64,000 bases of DNA from Paracoccaceae bacterium (GCA_965205055.1 OZ242030.1:787116-851115), one strand, 5' to 3'; positions 11,841-22,187 are shown, counted from the first letter of the stretch. Notes: a model not told the origin generated them from the sequence alone. A program made the numbers and translations.

Positions 11841-12281
11841 TTACCTGCCCAATGGACTAATCTGTGCATGACCGGCGAGCGTCGCCACCGTTCCGCGATG
11901 CTCTGTCGACGCCAGCGCATTCGCAAAGCGCTCGTCCGCCGTCACCATCCGGGCACCGTGTCGTTGCGCCAGCGCCAAATACATAAAATCGTAGACCGGC
12001 CTTTCGAGCGTCAGCGCGAGACGAACCGCATCCGCGCACACCGCTTCATCTTTGCACCAACGAACGGGCAATGCCGATACGGCGGTCATCAGAACAGCGG
12101 CTTGATCGCGTTCGATCTCGCCCAGCCGGGCCTTGCGCCATAGGGCATTCGCAACCTCGCACGCCATCAGACGCGGCGCATAGAGGTCGTCGCCGTCCGT
12201 CAGCAAGCGATCCGCCGCGTCCGAACCCTCCTCCGCCACCAGCCATTTCATGGCCACGCTTGCATCGACTACAATGCGCAT
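11841..12281 (-). CDS. vapC: PIN-domain toxin VapC
   Basis: MRIVVDASVAMKW... PIN N-terminus; 146 aa. The start overlaps the antitoxin stop (ATGA). Confidence 0.85.
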   Translation of the reverse strand: MRIVVDASVAMKWLVAEEGSDAADRLLTDGDDLYAPRLMACEVANALWRKARLGEIERDQAAVLMTAVSALPVRWCKDEAVCADAVRLALTLERPVYDFMYLALAQRHGARMVTADERFANALASTEHRGTVATLAGHAQISPLGR

Positions 12282-12538
12282 CAGCCAACGCGATGTCCGT
12301 TGTCGCGATCCTCGCGGATCAGGACTTCCGAAGGCGTCTGCGCGCGCCCTTCGGTCTTCCTCCGCAGTTTCGCGGCCAGAGCCCGGAAGGACTCACGCTT
12401 TGCTGCCATGTCGTCTTCGACAGCGCGCGTTAGTATGTGGCGCGCCTCGCCCTCCAACGAGCGGTCGTTTCCTGCCGCGCGCTGTTTGAGCTTCTGCACC
12501 ACGCCGTCGTTCAGCTGCCTTACGTTGATCGTCGCCAT
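12281..12538 (-). CDS. vapB: RHH/Arc-type antitoxin (FitA/VapB-like)
   Basis: MATINVRQLNDGVVQKLKQRAAGNDRSLEGEARHIL is a ribbon-helix-helix antitoxin signature. ATG at 12538 is chosen inside the longer track ORF. Confidence 0.8.
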   Translation of the reverse strand: MATINVRQLNDGVVQKLKQRAAGNDRSLEGEARHILTRAVEDDMAAKRESFRALAAKLRRKTEGRAQTPSEVLIREDRDNGHRVG

Positions 12539-12731
12539 CGTGATTCGTCTCCGACTATTTGCCATCAATTTGATATCAGATTGCGGCAATGCAGGCAAAT
12601 TTGCGGGCTCGCATCTTTGTGAACGCGCTATTGGATCAATCGCCTCCGCTGAGAACACCAAAAGACAGCGAAACGCAGTGCTGAAAAGTAGGCCGAAACG
12701 CGCAAAAATTTGTCGAACCCGGGCCGACTTT

Positions 12732-12857
12732 GAAATTGCCGCGGCGATGTCGGCAACGCTGTCCGCGGATCATCGCGCGGTCGACGGCGCCCTTGGAGCC
12801 CGCTTGCCGGCTTCAATTGTGGAAAACTTGGAAAATCCGTTGCGGATGCTGATGCAG
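12732..12857 (+). pseudogene. orphan second copy of the pdhC 3' end (no stop, no 5' part)
   Basis: Encodes [41 protein letters not shown], compared with the pdhC C-terminus [42 protein letters not shown]. Confidence 0.85.
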
Positions 12858-12896
12858 CTTTGCGGTCGGGAGCGCTCGCGCAGCCGTCCGGCGTCG

Positions 12897-12924
12897 GAAA
12901 AGCACGGGTCGGCATTCCCGACCC
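12897..12924 (-). terminator. Rho-independent terminator downstream of cysE
   Basis: Minus strand reads GGGTCGG-gaatg-CCGACCC followed by GTGCTTTTCC. Confidence 0.5.
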
Positions 12925-12930
12925 GATACC

Positions 12931-13758
12931 TCATTCGCCCAACAACTGATTCATGGTTGCCGAGGGCTGATCGCAGCCCGCTTCTCCGACAATTCTTGCC
13001 GGAACGCCCGCAACCGTCTTGCAGCAAGGCACTTCGGTCAAGACGACCGAACCGGCTGCCACCCTTGAGCACCTGCCCACGGATATGTTTCCCAGGACCT
13101 TCGCCCCTGCTCCGAGCATGACGCCGTCGCCGATCTTTGGGTGCCGGTCTCCGTCGTCCTTTCCCGTGCCGCCGAGCGTCACGGAATGGAGCATCGATAC
13201 GTTGTCCGAAATGACGGCCGTTTCGCCGATCACGATCGAATGGGCATGATCCATCAGGATTCCCTTGCCTAGAACGGCGCCGGGATGCACGTCCACGCCG
13301 AAAACCTCCGACACGCGCATTTGCACGAAATAGGCGAGATCCTTCCGCCCGTGCCGCCAAAGCCAGTTTCCGACCCTGTAGCACTGGATCGCTTGGAATC
13401 CCTTGAAGAACAGCAATGGCTGAATGAATGCGTGACATGCCGGGTCCCTATCGAAAACGGCAATGATGTCCGCCCTCGCCGCAATTCCAAGCGACGCGTC
13501 CTCCGCATGCGCCTCATCCGCTATTTCACGCAAGATCTGTTCCGACATCTCTCGAGAAGCAAGTTTGACCGACAACCTGTAGGCAAGCGCGCTTTCCAAT
13601 GAAGCATGGTGCAGCAAGCTGGTATGAATCAGTCCGCCCAGGAGCGGCTCCTTTTCAATTGAAGCCTTCGCTTCGGTTCGAATTCTTGTCCAAACCGGGT
13701 CTGTCCCGGCGGACTCTATCTCTTGCGACTTCATCTCGACGATTGCGCCGTTCATCAC
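12931..13758 (-). CDS. cysE: serine O-acetyltransferase
   Basis: N-terminal SATase helical domain plus hexapeptide repeats (DHAHSIVIGETAVISDNVSMLHSVTLGG). Confidence 0.9.
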   Translation of the reverse strand: MMNGAIVEMKSQEIESAGTDPVWTRIRTEAKASIEKEPLLGGLIHTSLLHHASLESALAYRLSVKLASREMSEQILREIADEAHAEDASLGIAARADIIAVFDRDPACHAFIQPLLFFKGFQAIQCYRVGNWLWRHGRKDLAYFVQMRVSEVFGVDVHPGAVLGKGILMDHAHSIVIGETAVISDNVSMLHSVTLGGTGKDDGDRHPKIGDGVMLGAGAKVLGNISVGRCSRVAAGSVVLTEVPCCKTVAGVPARIVGEAGCDQPSATMNQLLGE

Positions 13759-14024
13759 CTACCAATCCTTCCTGATTCCGTCATTGGCTAAGCAATGCGA
13801 TTTCGATGGGCACCACAGCAAGTTCGCCAAGGTTCAGTTGATTTCAAAGCTACGCGATACATGGGGTCATCCTGAGGATGTAGCAAGAGGCATAGCAACT
13901 TTTCTCCCCTGATTCGGATCGAGACTGATCAGCAAATTGACCCAAGCGGTTCGATGCAGGTTCAATCTTTATCCGACAAGTTCGCAGCCCGATGCATGCA
14001 GCCCCAATTTTGACGCAGTGGGTG

Positions 14025-15194
14025 TCAGCCGCCTGATTCCGACTGCCTCTCTCTCTCAATTTGACGCCACTTCCGCACGTTCGCCCGATGCTCGTTGTAG
14101 GTTTTGGCGAATGCGTGACTTCCCGTTCCGTCGGCAACAAAAAACAGAAAATCGCTTTCGGCAGGATTAAGCGCAGCTTGGATCGCCGCCCGGCCCGGAT
14201 TTGCGATCGGCGTCGGAGGCAGCCCGTCGATCTCATAGGTGTTGAACGGCGTTTTGCGCTTTAGCTCGCTTTGCCGCAAGCCGCGTCCAAGAACGCCGCG
14301 GCCTTCGGTTATCCCGTAGACCACCGTAGGATCCGACTGCAACCGCATTCCTGATTGCAAGCGATTGACGAATACCGATGCGACCAGTCCCCGCTCGCTT
14401 GACACGCCAGTCTCCTTCTCAATGATCGAAGCGAGGATGAGCGCTTCCTGAGGAGTTTCAATAAGCGAGTCATCCGGTCTTCGGGCCCATTCCTCCTCGA
14501 CTATATCACTCTGCGACTCGATCATTCTGGAAATCAGCTCATCCACCGTAGCTCCGCGCACGACTTCGTAAGTATCAGGCGCCAAAGATCCTTCGTCCGG
14601 CATCGAAGCAGCCTCGCCTTCAAGGAACTCAGCGTCGTTGATCGCTTCGACGATCTGCCAAACGGTCAAGCCCTCGGTGATCACGACTCTGAATTCGATC
14701 GGTATGCCCGAGTTCAGAACTTCAAGATAAGGTCCGCCCGCATCTTCGGTGCCTGGGAATTTCGCAATTTCAATTGTCTCGTCCGACCCTGCGAGACGTT
14801 CGATCAACGTCAGCTCTCCGCCCGAAGCCTTGGCGTGGTACGTCGCGACGTATCTCCGCCGCGAAGCGGAAGACGAAGTGATTGTCTCAAGAATTTCGGA
14901 CATCGACGCATGCGAATCTATCTGGAATGTGCCGTGCTTGATCTCGGTGTCCTGGCCTGTAAATTTCGCTCCGTACCTGAATACGATCCCGCTGGTTATC
15001 GCGCCGAGGTCCGCCAATTCGGCTGCGACCCCCGAGATTGTTTGACCTTTCGGAATATCGAAAAAAAACGCGCTGTCGTGCGGACCGGACCGCGTGAACT
15101 GATGGGCTCCCGCGACGACAACCCCGCAGACTCCGAGCACAGCTACGATGGCCAGCGTGATTGCGTTCGAAGCCAGATCCCCGAGCAGCTTCAT
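14025..15194 (-). CDS. mltG: endolytic transglycosylase MltG (YceG-like)
   Basis: N-terminal TM and YceG family body. It overlaps the fabF stop in the conserved fabF-mltG arrangement. Confidence 0.85.
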   Translation of the reverse strand: MKLLGDLASNAITLAIVAVLGVCGVVVAGAHQFTRSGPHDSAFFFDIPKGQTISGVAAELADLGAITSGIVFRYGAKFTGQDTEIKHGTFQIDSHASMSEILETITSSSASRRRYVATYHAKASGGELTLIERLAGSDETIEIAKFPGTEDAGGPYLEVLNSGIPIEFRVVITEGLTVWQIVEAINDAEFLEGEAASMPDEGSLAPDTYEVVRGATVDELISRMIESQSDIVEEEWARRPDDSLIETPQEALILASIIEKETGVSSERGLVASVFVNRLQSGMRLQSDPTVVYGITEGRGVLGRGLRQSELKRKTPFNTYEIDGLPPTPIANPGRAAIQAALNPAESDFLFFVADGTGSHAFAKTYNEHRANVRKWRQIERERQSESGG

Positions 15195-16447
15195 CGAATC
15201 TTTTCGAATACCAGTGTCGCGTTGGCTCCGCCGAAGCCGAATGAATTCGACATCGCGACAGAAACCTCTCGCTTCTTCGCGGAATTGGGAGCGAGATCGA
15301 ACTCCCCGTCCGCTTCGGGGTTGTCCAGATTGAGCGTCGGCGGCACGATTTGATCGCGAATCGACAGGATGCAGAACACCGCTTCGACCGCGCCCGCAGC
15401 GCCGAGCAAATGTCCGATCGACGACTTGGTCGATGAAATTGTCGTCGTTCCCAACGAAGCTCCAAGCAATCGCTTGATCGCAGCAAGTTCAATCATGTCG
15501 GCGATCGTCGATGTGCCATGGGCATTGACGTACGAGAGTGCGCTTGGCGGCTGTTCGGCCCTCGACAATGCCGCGGACATTGAACGAAACCCGCCGTTGC
15601 CGTCGGGCGCGGGCGCAGTGATATGCGCGGCGTCGCCGGACAATCCGTAGCCTGTCAGTTCGGCGTAAATCTTCGCCCCGCGCCGTGCCGCATGCTCGAA
15701 TTCCTCCAGAACAACGACGCCGGCCCCCTCGCCCATCACGAATCCGTCCCGGTCGGAGTCAAAAGGTCGGCTGGCGCGCTCCGGCCGAGCCTTCCATTTG
15801 GTGGACAATGCTTTGCATGCGTTGAATCCTGCGACGCCAATTTCGGATATGGGGCTCTCCGCGCCTCCCGCTATCATCACATCGGCGTCTCCGATCTGGA
15901 TCAGCCGCGCCGAATCGCCGATTGCATGGGCGCCTGTCGCGCAAGCCGTTACGACAGAATGGTTGGGACCTTTGAAGCCATACTTTATCGAGATTTGGCC
16001 CGATGCAAGGTTGATCAACGCGCCCGGAATGAAGAACGGGGATACGCGTCGCGGCCCGCGTTCTTTGAGCAACAACGCGGTTTCGGCAATGGAACTCAAG
16101 CCGCCGATCCCGGAACCGATCATCACGCCCGTTCTCAGAAGCTCCGATTCATCGGTCGGCTTCCAACCGGCGTCGCAGACCGCCTGCTCGGCAGCCGCCA
16201 TTCCATAGAGAATGAAATCGTCGACTTTGCGGCGTTCTCTGGGCGGCATCCAATCGTCGGGATTGAATTCTCCCGGATCTGCGCCGAGCGGGACCTCGCA
16301 GGCGTAATCGGTGGCAAGGTGCTCGGCATCGAATTTCTTGATCGTTTTCGCAGCCGATTTCCCGGATATCAGTCTCGACCAGGTCTCCTCCACTCCGCAT
16401 GCAAGGGGCGTCACCAAACCTAGTCCCGTCACTACAACTCGCCGCAT
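15191..16447 (-). CDS. fabF: beta-ketoacyl-ACP synthase II
   Basis: MRRVVVTGLGLVTPL..., the ACATG active-site Cys region and NAHGTST. Confidence 0.95.
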   Translation of the reverse strand: MRRVVVTGLGLVTPLACGVEETWSRLISGKSAAKTIKKFDAEHLATDYACEVPLGADPGEFNPDDWMPPRERRKVDDFILYGMAAAEQAVCDAGWKPTDESELLRTGVMIGSGIGGLSSIAETALLLKERGPRRVSPFFIPGALINLASGQISIKYGFKGPNHSVVTACATGAHAIGDSARLIQIGDADVMIAGGAESPISEIGVAGFNACKALSTKWKARPERASRPFDSDRDGFVMGEGAGVVVLEEFEHAARRGAKIYAELTGYGLSGDAAHITAPAPDGNGGFRSMSAALSRAEQPPSALSYVNAHGTSTIADMIELAAIKRLLGASLGTTTISSTKSSIGHLLGAAGAVEAVFCILSIRDQIVPPTLNLDNPEADGEFDLAPNSAKKREVSVAMSNSFGFGGANATLVFEKIR

Positions 16448-16534
16448 GGCCCCAATCCTTCTTGCGCGCGGTCTGTTGCAACCGCTGCTTCAATTTAGGC
16501 AAGACGCGTCCTGCCTCAAGTCTTGCGGAAAACC

Positions 16535-17269
16535 TTAAACCAGATCTTCGATGCGCGGCTGAGCCGCTTCCAAAGCTTCCTCAATCGTGATCGTCTTGTT
16601 GAACAACGCGTCTCCGACAATCACGCCGGAAACGTATTTGAGCTGCTTCAACCGCTCGATATCGTGTTTTGTTCGCACCACGCCGCTGGCGATGACCGGG
16701 CTGGTCGAGACGGCGGCAAGGAGCTGCAATGTCTCGAATGTGTTTTCAGCGTTCCCGACGTTGGCGTCGATGTCGGTGATGATGACGGACGCCAGCGGCA
16801 CGGACTCGAGCGACCTCACGAAATCCAGCGGCTTGATCGCATTGTGTCGAAGCCAGCCATGCGTCATCGTATCGCCCTTCCAGACATCGACGGCCACGGA
16901 AATCTGGTCGGGATAAAGTCGCGCGGCCCGCTGCAAAGAGTAGAAATCCAGCGCGGCCAAGGTTCCCAAGACCACTCGTCCGGCGCCGCGATCGATCCAT
17001 TCCGAAATTTGATCGACGGAGCGGATGCCGCCCCCGATTTGGACCGGGATTCCCGAGTGCCGAATCAATTCAAGGATGAGTTCGCGATTCTCGCCGTCGC
17101 CTTTGACTGCGTCGATATCGGTGACGTGCATCCAAGACGCTCCGGCAGCCGCGAAGCCTCTCGCCGTTTCAATCGGATCCACATGCCAGACCATGGGTTC
17201 GCTGGTTCGCCCGCGCCTCAACGTGACGCAGCGTCCGTTCAAAAGTTGCAGGATTGGATAAACGATCAT
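16535..17269 (-). CDS. HisA/HisF-family (beta/alpha)8 isomerase, HisA-like
   Basis: MIVYPILQLLNGRCVTLRRG...HVTDIDAVKG...VQIGGGIRS...VIASGVV aligns along its length with ProFAR isomerase-type sequences. Confidence 0.75.
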   Translation of the reverse strand: MIVYPILQLLNGRCVTLRRGRTSEPMVWHVDPIETARGFAAAGASWMHVTDIDAVKGDGENRELILELIRHSGIPVQIGGGIRSVDQISEWIDRGAGRVVLGTLAALDFYSLQRAARLYPDQISVAVDVWKGDTMTHGWLRHNAIKPLDFVRSLESVPLASVIITDIDANVGNAENTFETLQLLAAVSTSPVIASGVVRTKHDIERLKQLKYVSGVIVGDALFNKTITIEEALEAAQPRIEDLV

Positions 17270-17437
17270 TGCGGCCTCCCCGGTTTTCCAACGCAGTGCG
17301 AATTCGCGACACTTCCGCTGTCCGCTTGCAGTCGCTGGAGCGGCGCCCCGGACAGCCGAGAGCGCCGTTGCTTGGGCTGGCTGATTTACGAAACCTTGGA
17401 ATTCAATTCCGCATGCTGCTCCAACATCGTCCAGCTG

Positions 17438-17680
17438 TCACGACGCGTCAGTCGCTTCAATAATGAAATTTACGGCGTCGCCGAAAGTATTGATAGTTTC
17501 TGCGTCTTCGTCTCGAATTTCAATGCCGAATTCTTCTTCGAACGCCATCACCAACTCGACGGTATCCAAGCTGTCCGCTCCGAGGTCGCCGATGAATGAC
17601 GCGCTGGTGTCGACGTCAGCTTCATCCACACCCAAATGCTCGACAACAATTTTTTTTACCCTTTCAGCGATATCGCTCAT
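17438..17680 (-). CDS. acpP: acyl carrier protein
   Basis: [19 protein letters not shown] phosphopantetheine site. Confidence 0.97.
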   Translation of the reverse strand: MSDIAERVKKIVVEHLGVDEADVDTSASFIGDLGADSLDTVELVMAFEEEFGIEIRDEDAETINTFGDAVNFIIEATDAS

Positions 17681-17918
17681 GGATACTCCCTCAGCTCTTT
17701 GCGGAAATTCACCGCGTATTGGGCCCAGCTCCTGCGAACTGACCAGCCAACCTTGCCGACCTGTTCAGGTTCGGCGCAAGGTCATCGGGTTCAATTCTTG
17801 AGTTGCTGTTGAATGCCTTATTGCTACCAATCCGCCACAACCGGTTCAACGGCCGGGCGCGAGCGATATATCACACGACGTCAACGCTGCAAGTGCGCTT
17901 GTTGCCGCCGCGGCCAGA

Positions 17919-18656
17919 TCAGATCATCGCCAAGCCGCCGTTCACATGCAGCGTCTGCCCGGTCACGTATCCGGCTTCATTCGAAGCGAGGAACAAAGCG
18001 CCGGCGGCGATTTCGTCCGCCGTTCCCATCCGTCCGATCGGAACATTTTCGAGTATCCGCTCGCGTTGCTTGTCCGAAAGCCCGTCGGTCATTTCGGTGG
18101 CGATGAACCCTGGCGCAAGCGCGTTGACGGTGATTCCCCTGCTGGCGACCTCCGCCGCAAGCGATTTTCCGAATCCCGCCAATGCGGCCTTCGACGCGGC
18201 GTAATTGGCTTGACCGGGATTGCCGGTTGATCCGATCACCGACGTCACGTTGATGATTCGCCCCCATCGCGACTTCATCATTCCTCTCAAGACATTCTTC
18301 GACAGCAGCATCGCGGCGTTCAGGTTGATCGCGATCACGTCGTTCCAGTCGCTTTCGGAAAGCCTGAGGAAAAGGCTGTCCCTCGTTATGCCGGCGTTGT
18401 TGACCAGGATATCGACCGAGCCGAGGGCGTCTGCGGCCGCGCTTGAAAGCTCCCGAATCGAATCAGCTGTGGAAAGGTCGTATCGGAGCGCATGCACGCT
18501 ATCTCCGAATTCATCCGCAAGCGCCTGAAGTTTTTCCGACTTCGTTCCTGTCGCGGCGACTGTCGCTCCCGCCTTGATGAAGCGTCGAACTATCGCGGAG
18601 CCGATGCCGCCGGTCGCGCCCGTGACCAGCGCCCGCTTGTTTGTCAGGTCAAACAT
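17919..18656 (-). CDS. fabG: 3-oxoacyl-ACP reductase
   Basis: MFDLTNKRALVTGATGGIG and YAASKAAL. An alternative ATG lies 4 codons upstream at 18668. Confidence 0.92.
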   Translation of the reverse strand: MFDLTNKRALVTGATGGIGSAIVRRFIKAGATVAATGTKSEKLQALADEFGDSVHALRYDLSTADSIRELSSAAADALGSVDILVNNAGITRDSLFLRLSESDWNDVIAINLNAAMLLSKNVLRGMMKSRWGRIINVTSVIGSTGNPGQANYAASKAALAGFGKSLAAEVASRGITVNALAPGFIATEMTDGLSDKQRERILENVPIGRMGTADEIAAGALFLASNEAGYVTGQTLHVNGGLAMI

Positions 18657-18669
18657 GTTTTCATCCATT

Positions 18670-19605
18670 TCAAGATTCCGCCGACAAGGCTGTCAAATCG
18701 TCCAGACTGCTGATCGAGCGGGCCGCAACGGACCGGTCGATCCTCCTTATCATTCCGGTCAATGCGTTGCCGACGCCGATTTCCCAGATTTCGCCAACTC
18801 CGTCGGCCGCCATCCGCGTCATCGATTCACGCCACCGCACCGTCCCTTCGATTTGCCGGACGAGCAGATCCTTGATCTCCGAAGGCGAAGTCACCGGCTT
18901 GGCGGCGACATTCGACACGAGCGGGCAATTCGGCTCGGCGATTTCGGCATCTTCCAGCGCGGCTCGCATCGTTTCGGTCGCCGGTTTCATGAGGCCGCAG
19001 TGGAACGGAGCGGATACCGGCAGCATGACCGCCCTTCTCGCGCCTCGTTCTTTGGCGATCTCAACAGCGCGCTCCACAGCGCTCCGATGGCCCGAAACAA
19101 CCACCTGCCTGGGGTCGTTGTCGTTTGCTGCCTCGCAAACTTCGCCTTGAGACGCCTCCCTCGCCACCTCGATGACGGCATCGTACCCCAAACCAAGCAA
19201 AGCCGCCATGGCGCCCTCTCCGACGGGGACCGCGTCCTGCATCGCTTTTCCGCGAATCTCCAGCAGGCGGGCCGCATCCGCCAATGCGATGGAACCGGCG
19301 GCGCAGAGAGCCGAATACTCTCCCAAACTATGTCCTGCTACGAAAGCAGGCCGGAATCGACTGCCATGCTCGGCGTCGATAGCTTTAAGAACCGCGATCG
19401 AGGTGGCCAGCAGCGCCGGCTGCGCATTCGTCGTCAGCGTCAACTCTTCAATGGTTCCGGTCCAAATGATCTTCGACAAATCCCGGCCCAAGGCATTGTC
19501 CACTTCGTCGAACACCTCGCGCGACTGCCGGTACTTTTCGGCAAGCGCCTTGCCCATCCCGACCGCTTGCGCGCCTTGCCCGGGAAACACGAATGCTCTC
19601 TTCAA
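18670..19605 (-). CDS. fabD: malonyl-CoA:ACP transacylase
   Basis: FVFPGQGAQ and GHSLGEYSAL motifs. Confidence 0.95.
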   Translation of the reverse strand: MKRAFVFPGQGAQAVGMGKALAEKYRQSREVFDEVDNALGRDLSKIIWTGTIEELTLTTNAQPALLATSIAVLKAIDAEHGSRFRPAFVAGHSLGEYSALCAAGSIALADAARLLEIRGKAMQDAVPVGEGAMAALLGLGYDAVIEVAREASQGEVCEAANDNDPRQVVVSGHRSAVERAVEIAKERGARRAVMLPVSAPFHCGLMKPATETMRAALEDAEIAEPNCPLVSNVAAKPVTSPSEIKDLLVRQIEGTVRWRESMTRMAADGVGEIWEIGVGNALTGMIRRIDRSVAARSISSLDDLTALSAES

Positions 19606-19991
19606 TCAAACCTCCTTGGTTCACCGGCCTGCAAGTATCGATTGCGGACGGCACCGTCCATATTGAATTCAACGCGGATATTCATGCCGCCCTTGAAGCA
19701 TTGTTCTGGAGGCCGTCGCAGAAAGACGTGCGGCTCCAGTTTGAATCACGGAATCGCCCGCTCGAGTCGCCCAGATCGGCTTGACGCCGAAGGATTTGCG
19801 ATTGTGCGCCCGGCCAAAGTTCTCCGTGAATCAGTTTCAACTTTTTTTCAGCGCCATCCGGCTCTTGATTTCGCTGCCGCAGGGTATATACGTGCGCTTC
19901 TTCCGTGCAACAAATTTAGTCGCGTTGCCTCTCGTGTGCGGTAACGGAAGAAACTCGCCGCACTTTGAAGCAACCGGAACAGGAATGTACG

Positions 19992-20315
19992 ATGCCACTA
20001 TACGAGCATGTTTTCATTGCGCGTCAAGACATATCGAACTCGCAAGCCGACGCTCTGACCAAGCAATTCGAGGAAATCCTGACCGAAAACGGCGGCGAAG
20101 TCGTCGGATCCGAGTATTGGGGCTTCAGAAAGCTTGCCTACAAGATCAAAAAGAACCGCAAGGGCCACTATATCTTTATGAAGACGAAGGCGCCGCCTGC
20201 CGCGGTCCACGAAATGGAGCGCAGAATGGGCTTGCACGACGACGTCATGCGCGTGCTCACATTGAAGGTCAAGGAGCACAGCGAAACTCCCTCCGCCATG
20301 CTTCAAAAACGCTGA
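19992..20315 (+). CDS. rpsF: 30S ribosomal protein S6
   Basis: [13 protein letters not shown]...; ATG 19992 follows AGGAA. Confidence 0.95.
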   Translation: MPLYEHVFIARQDISNSQADALTKQFEEILTENGGEVVGSEYWGFRKLAYKIKKNRKGHYIFMKTKAPPAAVHEMERRMGLHDDVMRVLTLKVKEHSETPSAMLQKR

Positions 20316-20361
20316 ATGTTTCGGCTGCGCCCGACGATCATCCGACCAGGAGTGCTTTGAA

Positions 20362-20589
20362 ATGGTAAAGAAAACATTTTTCCGGCGTCGCAAGGTTTGT
20401 CCGTTCTCGGGAAGGAATGCCCCGAAAATCGACTACAAGGACGTCAAGCTTCTGCAACGCTACGTCTCCGAGCGAGGCAAAATCGTGCCGAGCCGCATCT
20501 CCGCCGTTTCCGCGAGGAAGCAGCGCGAACTGGCGCTGGCGATTAAAAGGGCCCGGTTTCTGGCCCTGCTGCCCTATTCGGTAAAATAG
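20362..20589 (+). CDS. rpsR: 30S ribosomal protein S18
   Basis: [10 protein letters not shown]...[19 protein letters not shown]. Confidence 0.95.
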   Translation: MVKKTFFRRRKVCPFSGRNAPKIDYKDVKLLQRYVSERGKIVPSRISAVSARKQRELALAIKRARFLALLPYSVK

Positions 20590-20598
20590 GAGGCACCG

Positions 20599-21228
20599 AT
20601 GCAGCTTATTCTCTTGGAGAAGGTGGCAAGTCTCGGCCTGATGGGCGATGTCGTGCGTGTCAAGCCGGGCTATGCGAGGAATTATCTTCTTCCTCAAAGC
20701 AAAGCGCTTCGTTTCAGCGAAGAAAACCAAAAAATCTTTGAATCCAGAAAGCTGGAGCTGGAAGCTCGCAACTTGGAGCGGCGCAAAGATGCGGAAGGCG
20801 TCGCTGAAAAGCTGGAAGGCCGCGAATTCATCGTCATCAGATCGGCTTCGGATACGGGATCGCTGTACGGTTCGGTATCGAAGCGCGACATATCCGATGC
20901 CGCAGCTGAAGAAGGCGTCACACTCAACCGGCAGCAGATTGAATTGGCCCGTCCGATAAAGTTTCTGGGGATTCATGCCGTGCAGCTTTCCTTGCATCCC
21001 GAAGTCGAAGTCGAGCTGAAAATCAACGTCGCGCGTTCGCGCGACGAAGCCGCGCTGCAGTCCGAGGGCAAAACCATAGCGTCTCTGGCGGAAGAAATGG
21101 CGGAAGAGGACCGCCGCGAGCATGCCGAGATGTTCGATTCGATGGGAGCGGTCCTTCAGGAGGACGAGGAAGACGGGCATGCCGAGGAAGAGGATTCGCA
21201 GCCTGAAAGCGAGCTTCCGGCGGCTTGA
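20599..21228 (+). CDS. rplI: 50S ribosomal protein L9 with acidic C-terminal extension
   Basis: MQLILLEKVASLGLMGDVVRVKPGYARNYLLPQ. Confidence 0.95.
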   Translation: MQLILLEKVASLGLMGDVVRVKPGYARNYLLPQSKALRFSEENQKIFESRKLELEARNLERRKDAEGVAEKLEGREFIVIRSASDTGSLYGSVSKRDISDAAAEEGVTLNRQQIELARPIKFLGIHAVQLSLHPEVEVELKINVARSRDEAALQSEGKTIASLAEEMAEEDRREHAEMFDSMGAVLQEDEEDGHAEEEDSQPESELPAA

Positions 21229-21513
21229 ACCAGCCAGATGGCATCTTCTTTGGCAGGCAGCCATCAACAGTTCCGGACATGGCGTCCATCGTTCGGAACT
21301 TGCCTCCCTCGTGCTGCGCGACGCGATAGAGTTCAGACCGGCGTCTTGATCCAGTTGAGGGCGTGATTTAGCTTTCCGCGAAAGTGCTTGACTCTCCGCC
21401 TTCCCTCCCTTGGCGAAGTTCACTATCCCGTGAGACTTTACGGCATCTGTTGACGCCATTTCATGATCGTAGCAGCGCCGACCCGGCACCCGGCATCAGT
21501 CGGAATCTTCAAC

Positions 21514-21953
21514 ATGCAAAGAAGTTCTTTGATGAGTTTTTGCAGACGGGCCATCATGGTTTGCATGTTGCTGGCGTTGGCGTCCTGCAGTGGAGGAAGT
21601 GGCAAAGCGGGAGGAGGTGAGCGAGGTGCTTCCGTTCGAAGCTTGATAGACAATGCCGCAAGTCTCGAGATGACTGATGCAATTGTTTCAGGGAGCCGAG
21701 TAAGAACCAATTGCTCCGGGACGGTGTGCGAATCAAGCCCAGATGCTGGAGATTGCAGCTTGGCGCCCAGACACGCGGAATGGCTGCTTGCCAACAGCGA
21801 TACCGGCAGAGCCGAAAACACCAGACGCTCCGAAAGCGGGTCGGAAACATATATCTGAACGGGAATTTTTACGGGCCCAATGCGGAAGAGACCGCAGGCG
21901 TATTCGAATTCGAACTTGATTTCATATCGGGCGGCTGGTTTGCAAAAAAATGA
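21514..21953 (+). pseudogene. small TbpB-like lipoprotein, frameshifted
   Basis: Signal peptide plus lipobox (MVCMLLALASCSGG) in one frame, which stops at 21856-21858. The family C-terminus ...YLNGNFYGPNAEETAGVFEFELDFISGGWFAKK* continues in another frame. The frame break lies at or near ATATAT (21849-21854). Confidence 0.6.
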
Positions 21954-22187
21954 ATGAGCAATGCCAGCTGACCGCATTGAGACCCTGCCGCGCGGAGCTG
22001 CAGGACTGTCTCGCCGACCATTCATCTCAATCTGATGGAGCAGCTCTCCCGATCTTCCGGATAGCAGATCCTGCGCTCGCAACTCGTCTAGCGGTCGGTC
22101 TTTAACGCGGTTGCGAGCTCAGGCATATCGCCCGCCCGCACAACGCATGCGCAATCAAATCGAGTGGTTGTTTTCGGATTCTGCGCA

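Noticed and set aside
16523-19944. Long plus-strand ORFs (16523-17599, 18574-19944) opposite the hisA-like, fabG and fabD genes
   Set aside because: The minus-strand genes have unambiguous family signatures. The plus-strand translations are R/P/G-rich antisense artefacts.
19606-19991. Ribosomal-protein S6 operon leader RNA upstream of rpsF
   Set aside because: It is plausible from position, but I could not identify a defined structure by eye. It is left unannotated.
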